Below are positions 47,235-58,320 of a DNA stretch of 64,000 bases, piece after piece. The translations under genes and the position numbers were made by a program. This DNA comes from an uncultured Methanoregulaceae archaeon (GTDB taxonomy: Archaea; Halobacteriota; Methanomicrobia; Methanomicrobiales; Methanospirillaceae), in assembly GCA_963737635.1 (NCBI GenBank), contig CAVTTL010000001.1, forward strand, positions 1,536,001 through 1,600,000, in the 5' to 3' direction. The notes beneath the pieces were generated by a model. The model worked only from the letters and a program-made list of their open reading frames with translations, had not been told where the DNA came from and did no database searches. The first letter of the stretch is position 1; the number at the start of each line of letters is the position of its first letter.

Positions 47235-48244
47235 GTGAGGTGTGATATGACATATATGCAACAACGATTCTGGTCGACAAGGATCGCACTTTCGGCTATC
47301 GTAATTCTTTTGCTTCTCTGCATAGCACCAACAGCCGCTCTCGGCGTACTGGGTGCAAAGTACACCGGGAGTATTGCTCCCGGTGGAAAGGATACTCACG
47401 TGATGACCATCGAAATCGGGGCAGATGAATCGCCTACCGATGTTATGGTGGAAGTTGCGGGATTCGGGCAGAATGCCAACGGAATTTATGTACCGCTGGA
47501 TCCGGCGACTGACGTAAGCCCGTATTCAGCCCGGAGTTTTATCACTCTTGATAATACTACGCTTCACCTCGAGCCAGGTACGGAGCAAAGTGTAACGGCG
47601 ACAATCTCTCTTCCACAGGATACCGGCCCGGCGGCCGGTACGCGATCCTCTATGTCCGTTCAATCCCGGGTGCAGGTCAATCCCTTGCAACGGCAGTAGT
47701 CGTTCCCATGTTCATTACTGTCGCTGGGACGAAGCCAACAGAAACCGGTAGTATTACACAGATAGGCACGGGAACGGTCGCTATCGGCCAGCCGATCACA
47801 ATTACGACGACCTTCAAAAATACCGGCAATTATCATTATTATTCTGCAAGTGACGAAGTGACCGTGAGTGATTCGAATGGAATCATCGTTGCAAATACAT
47901 CGACGACACCGATGGCCTATGCGATCATCCCTGGCAACACAGTGCAGTTTGTCACGCAGCCTCAGGTAAAAAACCTGCAGGCAGGGACCTACACGGTAAA
48001 TTCGACAGTTCTTCTGAACGGCCAGGTATTGGATCAAAAGAGTACGACATTTACTGTTACTGCGACTGTACCGCCTACAACCGAATCGGGGGAAGCGGTG
48101 AGCCCAGTGGGCCAGGTCACCTCAGCGGGTGCAGGATCTCCCACTAGTGTACCGACGAAGGCATCCATGCCCTCTGTGCTGAGTATTGTAGCCTTGGCTG
48201 CTACAGCAATTATTGTAGGCGGTGCGGTCAGGCAGAGGAAATGA
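47235..48244 (+). CDS. DUF916/DUF3324- or PapD-like two-Ig-domain protein with C-terminal TM sorting signal, frameshift at ~47630
   Basis: LHLEPGTEQSVTATISLP...GG(R)YAILYV, FKNTGNYH, IIPGNT; tail PTKASMPSVLSIVALAATAIIVGGAVRQRK. Confidence 0.7.
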
Positions 48245-50365
48245 CCTCCAAAAAAATACCTCTTGTTTTTATTATCATTTGCTGCTGTTTTTTTACGGTA
48301 TCGGTTCTTTTGTCAAATTCTGCTGGTGCTCTGGATTCCGTGACGGTGGGAATAACCGGCCGTATCCCGCTGGTTACATACAACATCTCAGTCATCGGTA
48401 TCGATACCGGCAATGCCACTGTCACGTGGAGCACGAACGGGAATGCCAACAGCACAGTGCTGTATGGCACGACAACGAGTTACGGATCCTCCAGCACTGA
48501 CGATGTCATGACAGAGGACCACACGATATCCCTGCACAGTTTGACACCCGGCACGATATACCATTACCAGATGGTATCGGTCGACCTGAGCGGTAACCAA
48601 GCCATAAGTGCTGATCAGGTGTTCACTACAGCCAACATTTCGCAAGGGACCGTGGTAACTACGACCACTACGTCGACGACGTTTTCTGGGACGACGATCC
48701 AGACGGTTGGCGGGGTTCAGCAGGTCAGTCTCAATGAATCGACCATTCAAGGAACAATCCAGGTTTCCGGAAACACCGTAAACATCCAAAATCCGGGTAA
48801 CGGCTGGGCTACAATGCAATATGTCGGTTCAGCGGTCACGGATCTTAACGGTAATATCAGCACGGGACAGATCCAGAGTGTGAGCATGGTGAGCGACCCG
48901 GTCACAGCGTCCCTTGGCAGTACCATTGGTACGGTCAGCACTCAGATCAATATAGGGCTGACTCAGATCGTACCTGATCTAACTATTCAGCAGAGCATTA
49001 TCGAGGGAGCGAGTCCTACCGTTTCAGATGCCTTCCAGATCGCGGCAGCGAACAATAATCTCAATGTGCAGGCCATTGCCTATACGGTACAGTTCCAGAA
49101 TACGGCCCAGTTAGACGCCAACCTGAATTCTGCTGGGGTTGAACTGAATATGAGTGTCGACAATGCATGGGTGGCCGAAAATGCGAATGGCAGTGTGAAT
49201 AATGTAAAGATCTTCCGTTTTGGAGATGATGGGACAGAGGAAGTCCTCAGTACGACGTATCTTGGCAGTCAGGGCACCACCGATTATTTCCAAGCCTGTC
49301 TCACCTCACGGGATTTCCACGTTCGGTATTGCGGCCGTGGCCTCCAGTAGCACAACCGGCAGCAGTTCCAGTAGCGGGACGAATGGTGGTAATTCGGGCT
49401 CTTCCGGATCAGGTCGATCACAGGCACCCTCGGCAGTCCAGCCCGTGGCCCCGGCGCAGGTTGCACCCGCGCCCCAGGTTCAGCCACGACTCGGACCTCC
49501 GCAGAATGCACCCACGACAACACAGTCACTGGTTGTTGCCGGATTAACCACAACAACCGGACTATCTGGAATTCAGGTCTTCGCATTCAACACTACGCTG
49601 GCGGCCCAATCCGGTGTTTCAGCAACTGTCGAGAATGCCACTGTTATTATCAACCAGCCCGGTCTTATCCTGACTATTGTCACAAACGGAACCCTCTCTA
49701 TCGAGAACGGAGAAATCTCGGGCACCGTCCAATCTGTTGGCATAAACACGACGCCATCAGATACTATCCTGAGTTTTGGGCGGGTTTCAGTATCGATCAA
49801 TGCTTCGCTTGCCACTATTCCGGAAAATGCAGCGATTACAACTACCGTCTCAGAAGTGGTGAGTTCTGACGTCAAGAGCGCATTCCAGCGGGCAGCGAAG
49901 GACAATAACCGGCAGATCGAAGCGATTGCCTACGTTTTGAACATTGAAAAAACCAACTTTGAAGCGACAGGTCCGGCTACGGTGACCATGACTATAATTC
50001 CTGACTGGGTTACGAACCATGGCGGCATTGGATCGATAGCAATTGTGCGGATAGGTGATGATCAGACCGTCGAAATGCTTGCCACTTCCTTTATCGGGAC
50101 GGATGTGCAGGGATCCCTTGTCTTCGATGGCTATTCTCCGCATGGTTTATCTGTATTTGGTCTTACTGCCGTGACAATCGCACGTCAGCCGCAACAATCG
50201 GCCACATCTGAGTCACTCCTGCAAGCGGAATTCGGAGAAATGGGCGCGGTTCTTGGAGGAATCACCGGATTGATCAAGAACAATTATGCCATCATACTTG
50301 TTGTGGGTCTTATTACGGCGGGTATCCTAGCCTATGTTGTCTGGCGTATACGCAGACGAACGTGA
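48241..50365 (+). CDS. Cell-surface anchor protein: FN3 domain + two PGF-pre-PGF-like domains + TM, frameshift at ~49295
   Basis: FN3 ATVTWSTN...VLYGTTTSYG...LTPGTIYHYQM; SPHGISTFG and SPHGLSVFG; TM followed by RIRRRT; ATGA overlap with the upstream gene. Confidence 0.8.
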
Positions 50366-50411
50366 TAGAGATCTGGCCCCCTCTCCCCTCTTCTCCTATA
50401 TACTTTTGTCG

Positions 50412-50750
50412 TCACAAACAGGCTTCGATCTCGTTTTTTATACGATCAGCGGTGATCCTCCCGATCTTGGTGAGCTTCCCGTTTACGAGAACCATCGGAA
50501 GGGGAGGATATTCGTTTTCAAGTATTGTGCGTACGTGATCGGGAACACTATCATCGATGAGGGTAAGTTTCATCCCGACCTGGTTGCCATACGTTTCCTG
50601 TACCTTTGTTTTGAGTGCTTCAAACGCCTGTACCAGTTTTCCTGAGGGATAGCATTTAGACAATCCGCAGGTCCGGTTTGCATCGCAGGGAAACGGGGAA
50701 CATTCAGAAGATTTCAACCCGACAATCTCGACAAGTACAGGTATATTCAT
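50412..50750 (-). CDS. Cys-rich thioredoxin-fold-like hypothetical protein
   Basis: CSPFPCDANRTCGLSKC; YPPLPMVLVNGK cis-Pro-like motif. Confidence 0.7.
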   Translation of the reverse strand: MNIPVLVEIVGLKSSECSPFPCDANRTCGLSKCYPSGKLVQAFEALKTKVQETYGNQVGMKLTLIDDSVPDHVRTILENEYPPLPMVLVNGKLTKIGRITADRIKNEIEACL

Positions 50751-50912
50751 GTACGATAGATTGGTGCTGTACGGTATTTTTAGTATTGGGACGGAGAATT
50801 CCCTGGAAGGAAGGTTTTATCATTCGAATTAGCGATCGTCGCTTCAAAGATTAAACCCAAAGAAAATCATACGCACAATAAGAGAAAAAAAATGCCGACG
50901 GATCCTGACAAA

Positions 50913-51425
50913 TCAGATGAACTTCTCAAACCTTTCTTTTGCGGCCTTGCAAATCGGGCACAAGTCAGGCGGCTGCTCACGTGCACAGAGATAGCCGCAC
51001 ACTTTGCAACGCCAGATTGGAAGCGGAAAGAGTGGTGAATCTTGTGCGGTAGTAAACCGGACAATACTTTTTCCCCGTTGGGAACGAGGCGGGCGACGCT
51101 CCGGTACCGGGACCGCCTTCCGGGTTCCATTGGCAATTGCTTCGTTTACATATAAGGCACAATAACAGGCACCATATTCTGCCAGATCCTGGTCCCGGTA
51201 ATCACAGGGGCATATAATGTCAAGATCCTCTTCCTTTTTACCGGAAGCGAGACGGCAGGGACAGGCACCGTAACCGTATCGTTTTTCGTTTTTCAAAAGC
51301 CCATGAATAAGATTTTTGGTAAAATCAATATCCGGGTTAAGCCTATAACCACTTTTTCCAGTATCGTCCTTGAGTGTCGTGTATGCGACTTCGACGGAGT
51401 TTTCCGTAATCTCGGGGACATTCAT
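50913..51425 (-). CDS. Ferredoxin:thioredoxin reductase-like catalytic subunit fused to rubredoxin (FDR-type)
   Basis: ACPCR, ICPCDY, ACYCALY; WRCKVCGY...CPICKA. Confidence 0.92.
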   Translation of the reverse strand: MNVPEITENSVEVAYTTLKDDTGKSGYRLNPDIDFTKNLIHGLLKNEKRYGYGACPCRLASGKKEEDLDIICPCDYRDQDLAEYGACYCALYVNEAIANGTRKAVPVPERRPPRSQRGKSIVRFTTAQDSPLFPLPIWRCKVCGYLCAREQPPDLCPICKAAKERFEKFI

Positions 51426-51710
51426 GCTGTTAGTGCCTCCCGGATCTCGTGCTCACGGAACCCTACGATTGTGCGTTTGTTATCGATCACAAGTGTGGGA
51501 AAGGACCCTCGGGGATTCCATCGTTCGAGCTTGTCCATCGCCTCATCCTGTTCTTTTCCTTCGAGCAAGTCGACATAATCGTAATCAAACGCGATCCCGA
51601 GTTCTTCCAACAGAACCTTTGTCTTATGGCACCACTGGCATGTCGAAAGTGCATACAGCATGACAGAACCCCGGTTTTTTCCGTTAACGTGTGTTGACGT
51701 TACAAAACAC
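51422..51710 (-). CDS. Glutaredoxin/NrdH-like redoxin
   Basis: LSTCQWCHKTK, SFPTLVI, VGF; start uncertain (GTG at 51710 needs a one-base correction at GTTAC 51699-51703). Confidence 0.88.
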
Positions 51711-51952
51711 TTCCCGTGAAAAAAGTGCGGCCGGGTACTATATAAAAATGGGGATGCGGACGATCCGATTTCAGAGTGAACCATCCCGAGCCGGCGGCCT
51801 CGATAAGAAATGCCTCCGCATGGTTCTTCTTACGTTCTGGTAGGGCATTGCAGCAGACTCCTTGCATAACGGCTCATTCATGAATAAATATCGACCAGTA
51901 GGGCGTTTCTATCCTTTGCATTATCGTTAATAACTAACCCGGCACATTAAGT

Positions 51953-53017
51953 ATGGAAATCATGAAGGCGGTTCTGGGATTTGAGGACGGTGATTTTGTC
52001 GTCGGTGAAGGATTCGGGGTGGAAGGTGAATGTGCAGGTGAACTGGTGTTTAATACCCAGATGACCGGTTACATGGAATCCCTCACTGATCCAAGTTATT
52101 TCGGTCAGATCCTGATGTTCACGTTCCCCCAGATTGGAAATTATGGCGTGGATACCCGGAATTTCCAGAACCCGCGCGTATGTGCGCTGGGTTGTATTGC
52201 TAAAGAGATCTGCGAGAAACCTGAATATGAACCAACCATCAGAACGTTTTTTGAAAAACACGGTCTTCTGGGAATGACCGGTGTCGATACCCGCGCCCTG
52301 ACGATCAAGGCCCGGGTTCACGGCACGATGCGCGCAGCTCTTGTTGTGGGAAGTGACGATGGGGCGTACGCGGTAACACTTGCAAAAAAATCCCCGACAA
52401 TATGTGATATCGTCCCCATCCCTGAAGTCTCGTGCAAGGAACCGTACCATATTCCCGGCAGCGGGAAACGAATTGCCGTCATCGACCTCGGAATTAAGAA
52501 GAATATGCTTACCAGCCTTTCGAAGCGGAATGGGGATCTGTATGTTTTTCCGTACAATGCCATGTCCGATCAGGTCCGAGCCTGCAATCCGGATGCTCTC
52601 TTCATAAGTAACGGGCCGGGTGACCCAAAACAGGCCCCGGATGCGATACACTGCATCCAAGACCTTCTTGGCGAACTGCCCATTTTTGGGATCTGTATGG
52701 GAAACCAATTATCCGCTCTCGCACTTGGCGGGGATACTTATAAACTTAAGTTCGGTCACCGAGGGGCAAACCAGCCGGTACGGTATGAAGATGGCCGAAT
52801 CTTTATCACCACCCAGAATCACGGTTTTGCTGTTGACGCGGATTCCCTGCCGGAAGGGTGCCGGGTGACCTATTCGAACGTCAATGATGGTACTGTCGAG
52901 GGATTTGAGAATAAAGATTTGTGCCTGACAACGGTACAATTCCACCCGGAAGCCAACGGGGGCCCCAGGGATACGGAGGCGCATTTCTTTGACGCGCTCT
53001 TCCGGAGGCTGGAATAA
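51953..53017 (+). CDS. carA: Carbamoyl-phosphate synthase small subunit
   Basis: GELVFNT, LTDPSY, SNGPGDP, GICMG, QNHG, QFHPE. Confidence 0.97.
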   Translation: MEIMKAVLGFEDGDFVVGEGFGVEGECAGELVFNTQMTGYMESLTDPSYFGQILMFTFPQIGNYGVDTRNFQNPRVCALGCIAKEICEKPEYEPTIRTFFEKHGLLGMTGVDTRALTIKARVHGTMRAALVVGSDDGAYAVTLAKKSPTICDIVPIPEVSCKEPYHIPGSGKRIAVIDLGIKKNMLTSLSKRNGDLYVFPYNAMSDQVRACNPDALFISNGPGDPKQAPDAIHCIQDLLGELPIFGICMGNQLSALALGGDTYKLKFGHRGANQPVRYEDGRIFITTQNHGFAVDADSLPEGCRVTYSNVNDGTVEGFENKDLCLTTVQFHPEANGGPRDTEAHFFDALFRRLE

Positions 53018-56000
53018 ATGCCCCGGCGAAATGACATCCGGAAGGTTCTGATCATTGGCTCGGGACCGATCCAGATTGGCCAGGCAGCGGAGTTTGATTT
53101 CTCCGGCTCCCAAGCCTGCCAATCCCTCAAAGAAGAGGGCATTGAAGTGGTGCTGGTTAACTCAAACCCGGCAACGATCATGACCGATCCGGACATGGCA
53201 GACGAGATCTATATCGAGCCATTACGGGCTGATATCATTGCCCGGATCATCGAAAAAGAGCGACCGGATGGCATCCTCTCCGGCATGGGTGGCCAGACCG
53301 CTCTCAATCTTACCGCAGAGCTTGCGGAAATGGGCGCCCTTAAAGGGGTAGAAATTCTCGGCACTCCGCTCGAAGCGATCTACAAAGGTGAAGACCGGGA
53401 GAAATTCCGGGATCTTATGAATGAGATCGGCGAACCCGTTCCTATGAGCATGGTAATCAATACGCTGGGTCAGATTGATGAAGCGATTGCAAAAATCGGC
53501 CTGCCAGCAGTCGTGCGCCCCGCATACACCTTGGGGGGTGCCGGGGGAGGGATTGGCCGGACCCGGGAGGAACTGACACGGATCGTTGAACTGGGGCTCT
53601 CGCGATCCCGGATCCACCAGGTTCTCATCGAACAGAGCGTGACGGGCTGGAAGGAGCTTGAGTTCGAAGTGATGCGTGACTCTGCAGACACCTGTATTAT
53701 CGTCTGCAGTATGGAAAATGTTGATCCGATGGGTATCCACACCGGCGAGAGCGTCGTAGTTGCGCCCATCCTGACGCTGCGTGATGATGAGTTCCAGATG
53801 ATGCGCAGTGCCGCCATCCATATAATCAGGGCTCTCGATGTACAGGGCGGTTGTAATATCCAATTCGCATTCAAGAACGGTGAGTACCGGGTCATTGAAG
53901 TCAATCCCCGGGTCTCCCGGTCTTCTGCTCTAGCTTCAAAAGCTACCGGCTATCCCATTGCACGCGTCGCAGCAAAAATTGCAATTGGTTTGCGTTTAGA
54001 TGAGATCCAGAATTCGGTGACCGGGTGCACTGCGGCGTCGTTCGAACCAACCCTTGACTATATCGTGGTAAAAGTACCCCGCTGGCCGTTCGACAAGTTC
54101 AAGGGAGCAGACCGGACGCTCACCACGTCCATGAAAAGTACTGGTGAAGTGATGGCGATCGGGAGGACGCTAGAGGAGGCGTTCATGAAGGCAAAACGGT
54201 CGATCGACACCGACGTCCGCACGCATACGAGCCAGAGCGAGATCCGGATGATCCTCTCCCGCCCGACCGATGAGCGTTTCCACTGCCTTTTCGATGCATT
54301 CCGTCAGGGCTTCAGCGTTGACGAAATTTCACACCTGACTTCAATTGTGCCCTTCTTTCTCGAGAAGATTAGAAACATTGTAGATCTGGAAAAACGCCTT
54401 GCCGCAGGCAGCAAGGACGAAGATATCTTCCTTGCAAAGACTTATGGGTTCACGAACACCGAAATATCTGCACTCACCGGCAAAGGAACGGATATGATCG
54501 AAGAGCTTGTGGGAGCCCCGGTCTACAAGATGGTGGATACCTGTGCGGCGGAGTTCCCTGCCTGCACGCCCTATTTTTACTCGACATGGGAAGCCACCAG
54601 TGAGATTGTCCCGGACAAAAAGCAGAAAATACTCATACTCGGTTCGGGTCCCATAAGGATTGGTCAGGGCATCGAATTTGATTATTGCACGGTACACGCA
54701 GTAAAAGCGCTGCGGGAAGAAGGTGTCGAAGTCCATATCGTTAACAATAACCCTGAGACCGTATCCACGGACTTCGATACCTCGGATCGCCTTTTCTTTG
54801 AGCCGATGCAGCTCGAGGATGTAGCCAATATCCTCATGACCGACGAATATTATGGTGTGATGGTTCAGTTTGGCGGCCAGAACGCGGTTAATCTTGCGGT
54901 CCCTCTCGAAAAGGAGATAAAACGGCGTCATCTTCCCACAAAAATTCTTGGTACAACCCCGGATGCAATGGACATTGCCGAAGACCGTGACCGTTTCAGC
55001 ATGCTTTTAAACACGCAGAAAATTCCCAGTCCTGCAAACAGTTCTGCCTATTCAGAAGCGGAAGCAAGGGAAAAGGCCGAGAAAATCGGTTACCCGGTCC
55101 TTGTCCGTCCGTCCTATGTTCTTGGAGGGAGGGCAATGGAGATTGTCCATGACACGGTAGAACTCGAGACCTACATGAAAGAAGCCGTCCGGGTAAGCCA
55201 GCATCACCCGGTACTGATCGACTCGTACCTCAGAAATGCTGTCGAGCTCGATATCGATGCAGTATGTGATGGCGAAGAGGTGCTTATTGGAGGGATCATG
55301 GAACACATCGAGCAGGCCGGTATCCATTCAGGCGATTCTGCATGCGTCATACCTCCCCAGTCTCTCTCGCCTGATATCATTGCAACGGTCCGGGAATACA
55401 CCAAAAGAATTGCCCTCAGCCTTGGTGTTGTCGGGCTTGTCAACATTCAGATGGCAGTAAAAGACAATGTTGTTTATATCCTTGAGGCCAACCCCCGGGC
55501 GAGCCGCACGGTCCCGTTTGTCTCAAAGGCAACAGGTCTTCCCATCGCAAAGATTGCGGCCAAAGTGATGATCGGAAAGAAACTGCGGGATCTCGGGTTC
55601 CATGAAAGAAAGATCGACCATGTGGCCGTAAAGGAAGTGCTCCTGCCCTTCAACAAACTAGCTGGGGTCGACACGATCCTCGGGCCTGAGATGAAAAGTA
55701 CCGGGGAAGTGATGGGGATCGATTACGATTTCGGGCTTGCCTTTTATAAGGCGTGTATCTCGGCAGATAACGAGCTGCCTCTCGAGGGAAATGTCTTTAT
55801 CTCGGTGAATATCGGCCAGAAAGACGAGGTGATCCCTATTGCCCGGCGCTTGCGGGATCTCGGTCTTACCCTGTACGGTACAGAAGGTACTGTGGACTAC
55901 CTCCATGAGGCATGTGTGGAAGCGCACCTTGTCCGGAAAGTGCAGGAGGGTTCCCCCAATGTGCTGGATATGATGCATCATGGCGAGATACGGCTTATCA

Positions 56001-56179
56001 TAAATACGCCCCAGGACCGCCAATCCCGCCAGGACCATTACCAGATCATGCGTGCGGCGATCGATTTCAGCATTCCTTACATTACGACCCTTCAGGCAGC
56101 GCGGGCAGCGGCACTTGCTATCGATGCGATCAAACACGAAAAGATGACGCTCGAGCCAATCAGCCATTATCTCAAATAA
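53018..56179 (+). CDS. carB: Carbamoyl-phosphate synthase large subunit
   Basis: GSGPIQIGQAAEFD, two ATP-grasp halves, EVNPRVSRSS, MGS domain. Confidence 0.98.
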   Translation: MPRRNDIRKVLIIGSGPIQIGQAAEFDFSGSQACQSLKEEGIEVVLVNSNPATIMTDPDMADEIYIEPLRADIIARIIEKERPDGILSGMGGQTALNLTAELAEMGALKGVEILGTPLEAIYKGEDREKFRDLMNEIGEPVPMSMVINTLGQIDEAIAKIGLPAVVRPAYTLGGAGGGIGRTREELTRIVELGLSRSRIHQVLIEQSVTGWKELEFEVMRDSADTCIIVCSMENVDPMGIHTGESVVVAPILTLRDDEFQMMRSAAIHIIRALDVQGGCNIQFAFKNGEYRVIEVNPRVSRSSALASKATGYPIARVAAKIAIGLRLDEIQNSVTGCTAASFEPTLDYIVVKVPRWPFDKFKGADRTLTTSMKSTGEVMAIGRTLEEAFMKAKRSIDTDVRTHTSQSEIRMILSRPTDERFHCLFDAFRQGFSVDEISHLTSIVPFFLEKIRNIVDLEKRLAAGSKDEDIFLAKTYGFTNTEISALTGKGTDMIEELVGAPVYKMVDTCAAEFPACTPYFYSTWEATSEIVPDKKQKILILGSGPIRIGQGIEFDYCTVHAVKALREEGVEVHIVNNNPETVSTDFDTSDRLFFEPMQLEDVANILMTDEYYGVMVQFGGQNAVNLAVPLEKEIKRRHLPTKILGTTPDAMDIAEDRDRFSMLLNTQKIPSPANSSAYSEAEAREKAEKIGYPVLVRPSYVLGGRAMEIVHDTVELETYMKEAVRVSQHHPVLIDSYLRNAVELDIDAVCDGEEVLIGGIMEHIEQAGIHSGDSACVIPPQSLSPDIIATVREYTKRIALSLGVVGLVNIQMAVKDNVVYILEANPRASRTVPFVSKATGLPIAKIAAKVMIGKKLRDLGFHERKIDHVAVKEVLLPFNKLAGVDTILGPEMKSTGEVMGIDYDFGLAFYKACISADNELPLEGNVFISVNIGQKDEVIPIARRLRDLGLTLYGTEGTVDYLHEACVEAHLVRKVQEGSPNVLDMMHHGEIRLIINTPQDRQSRQDHYQIMRAAIDFSIPYITTLQAARAAALAIDAIKHEKMTLEPISHYLK

Positions 56180-56309
56180 TTCCGGCGTGTGGGCGTGTTT
56201 CCTTTTTTTAACTGAGCGATAAGAAAAAGCGCTGGCGTTTCTGAAGAGGGGCTTAAACCCGTATTAAGATAGAATATCCTTATATACCGAGATAACAAAA
56301 AAAACATGC

Positions 56310-56822
56310 ATGAAGAAAGTATTTGTTGTTCTTGTAGTCCTGTTTATCGGGATCCTGTTTGCGGGATGCGCATCCCAGTCACCAGCACCGGTAGCCACAC
56401 CGACGCCGACTCCAGTACCCACCTCGGTGGTAACCGCCGTTCCAACCGTCATGCCGACCCCGGTTGTTACCTCTAATATGACAGCAAACATGACTGCCAA
56501 TGTAACCGCCAATATGACAGCTAATGTAACTGCCAATGTAACCGCTGTCCCAAAGGTGCAAATGATTACCTTTACCAAGAGTCTGACCATAACCCCGATC
56601 GGGACAATCTATGTGCCCGTTGGAACAACGGTTTCTTGGTGTAATAAAGATCCCTATAAGCCCCACGGCATAAAGTCCCTTACGAATGTTGCCGGTTTCA
56701 ATTTCGGGTCTGTAGTGATCCCCTATGGTAAGTCCTATAACGTAACTTTCACCCAGAAAGGAGCGTACGATTATACGACTCTATTCCAACCTCAAGTTAC
56801 CTTGAAAATCATTGTAAGCTAA
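56310..56822 (+). CDS. Lipoprotein with cupredoxin-like domain lacking Cys/His/Met copper ligands
   Basis: Lipobox FAGC; VPVGTTVSWCN..PH; GAYDYTTLFQPQVTLKIIV. Confidence 0.7.
   Translation: MKKVFVVLVVLFIGILFAGCASQSPAPVATPTPTPVPTSVVTAVPTVMPTPVVTSNMTANMTANVTANMTANVTANVTAVPKVQMITFTKSLTITPIGTIYVPVGTTVSWCNKDPYKPHGIKSLTNVAGFNFGSVVIPYGKSYNVTFTQKGAYDYTTLFQPQVTLKIIVS
56475..56546 (+). repeat. Six 12-bp tandem repeats encoding N(M/V)TA
   Basis: aatatgacagca aacatgactgcc aatgtaaccgcc aatatgacagct aatgtaactgcc aatgtaaccgct. Confidence 0.9.
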
Positions 56823-56838
56823 AAGAATGATATTTCGC

Positions 56839-56880
56839 GTTCAGGGAATTTTCCTGAACAATCCATTTTTGTTCTTTGTT
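56839..56880 (+). terminator. Hairpin followed by a T-rich tract after the lipoprotein gene
   Basis: GTTCAGG-gaatttt-CCTGAAC, then aatccatttttgttctttgtt. Confidence 0.45.
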
Positions 56881-56983
56881 ATATCCCTGCCTGTTTTATG
56901 CTGGATTATCCGGTCATCGTGATCATCCCAAATATATGGTGAGACATCTAACCTGATACTCTGACAAAACGGAAGTATCCATC

Positions 56984-58192
56984 ATGGGAAAAGGTACTGT
57001 CGTACTCGCATATTCCGGGGGGCTTGACACCTCCATTTGTATCCCCCTGCTAAAGGAACGGTATGCCTACAACCGCGTAGTTACGGTCGTCGTCAATGTC
57101 GGCCAGAGGGACGAGGAGATTGAGGAAGCCACAAAAAAAGGCCAAAATCTCGCTGATCGCCATTATACTATCGATGTGCGGGAGAGATTTGTTGCCGAGC
57201 ATATCCTTCCTGCGATCAAAGCAAACGGATCCTACGAGGGCTATCCTATGGGAACCTCGCTCGCCCGGCCCCTGATTGCAGAAGAGGTGGTCAGGATTGC
57301 CAGAAAAGAAAAGGCCACTGCTGTAGCCCATGGCTGTACAGGAAAAGGAAACGATCAGCTCCGGTTTGATTTTATTATCCGCTCAGCCGGCCTCGATGTC
57401 GTTGCCCCTATCCGTGAGCATAACCTCACCCGTGACTGGGAGATTGAATACGCAAAAGAACACCGTATTCCGGTGCCCGTTAAAAAAGGAAAGCCATGGA
57501 GCGTTGACGAGAATTGCTGGAGCCGAAGTATAGAAGGCGGCCGACTTGAAGATCCGGCTTTCTATCCACCTGAGGAGATCTATGTCTGGACTATTTCTCC
57601 TGAAAAAGCCCCGGTAAAACCGGAGAAAATCACCCTGACGTTTTCCCGCGGGGTACCGGTTGCCTTAAACGGGAAAAAACTCTCCAGCTACAACCTGATC
57701 CAGAGACTGAATGCCCTTGCCGGAAAGCACGGAATCGGCAGAAATGACATGATCGAGGATCGTATCCTAGGTCTCAAGGCCCGGGAGAACTATGAGCACC
57801 CGGCTGCAACGGTAATTCTTGCCGCACACCGGGATCTCGAGAGTCTTGTCCTTACCCGGCAGGAGCTTGCATTCAAGCGGATTGTCGACGATAAGTGGTC
57901 AGAACTGGCATATATGGGGCTCGTCTACGAACCACTCTATACGGCACTAAATGCGTTTATCGATACCACTCAGGAAAGGGTAAATGGCCGGGTCGATCTT
58001 GAACTCTTCAAGGGAAGTGTCCGGGTCCTTGGCCGCAGCTCCCCTCAGGCAATATACTCCGGGGATCTTGTCTCTTTCGACAGTGCCTCCATCGACCAGT
58101 GCCATGCAATCGGTGTCTCCCAGTACTTCGGGATGCAGGCGCGTCTGGTTCATGCCATGAATGAGAAGACTAAGAAGAACGCCCGCAAATAA
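56984..58192 (+). CDS. argG: Argininosuccinate synthase
   Basis: [30 protein letters not shown]. Confidence 0.97.
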   Translation: MGKGTVVLAYSGGLDTSICIPLLKERYAYNRVVTVVVNVGQRDEEIEEATKKGQNLADRHYTIDVRERFVAEHILPAIKANGSYEGYPMGTSLARPLIAEEVVRIARKEKATAVAHGCTGKGNDQLRFDFIIRSAGLDVVAPIREHNLTRDWEIEYAKEHRIPVPVKKGKPWSVDENCWSRSIEGGRLEDPAFYPPEEIYVWTISPEKAPVKPEKITLTFSRGVPVALNGKKLSSYNLIQRLNALAGKHGIGRNDMIEDRILGLKARENYEHPAATVILAAHRDLESLVLTRQELAFKRIVDDKWSELAYMGLVYEPLYTALNAFIDTTQERVNGRVDLELFKGSVRVLGRSSPQAIYSGDLVSFDSASIDQCHAIGVSQYFGMQARLVHAMNEKTKKNARK

Positions 58193-58320
58193 TACCGTCC
58201 CGGTCCTGACCAGGCCCTCTCCCCTTTTATCAACCACTTCCTCGCGGTATCCGGGTTTATGCTGCTCCTCATCTGCATAAAAAAGAAACATATATCCTGT
58301 AACAACCAAATCGTTAGAAT

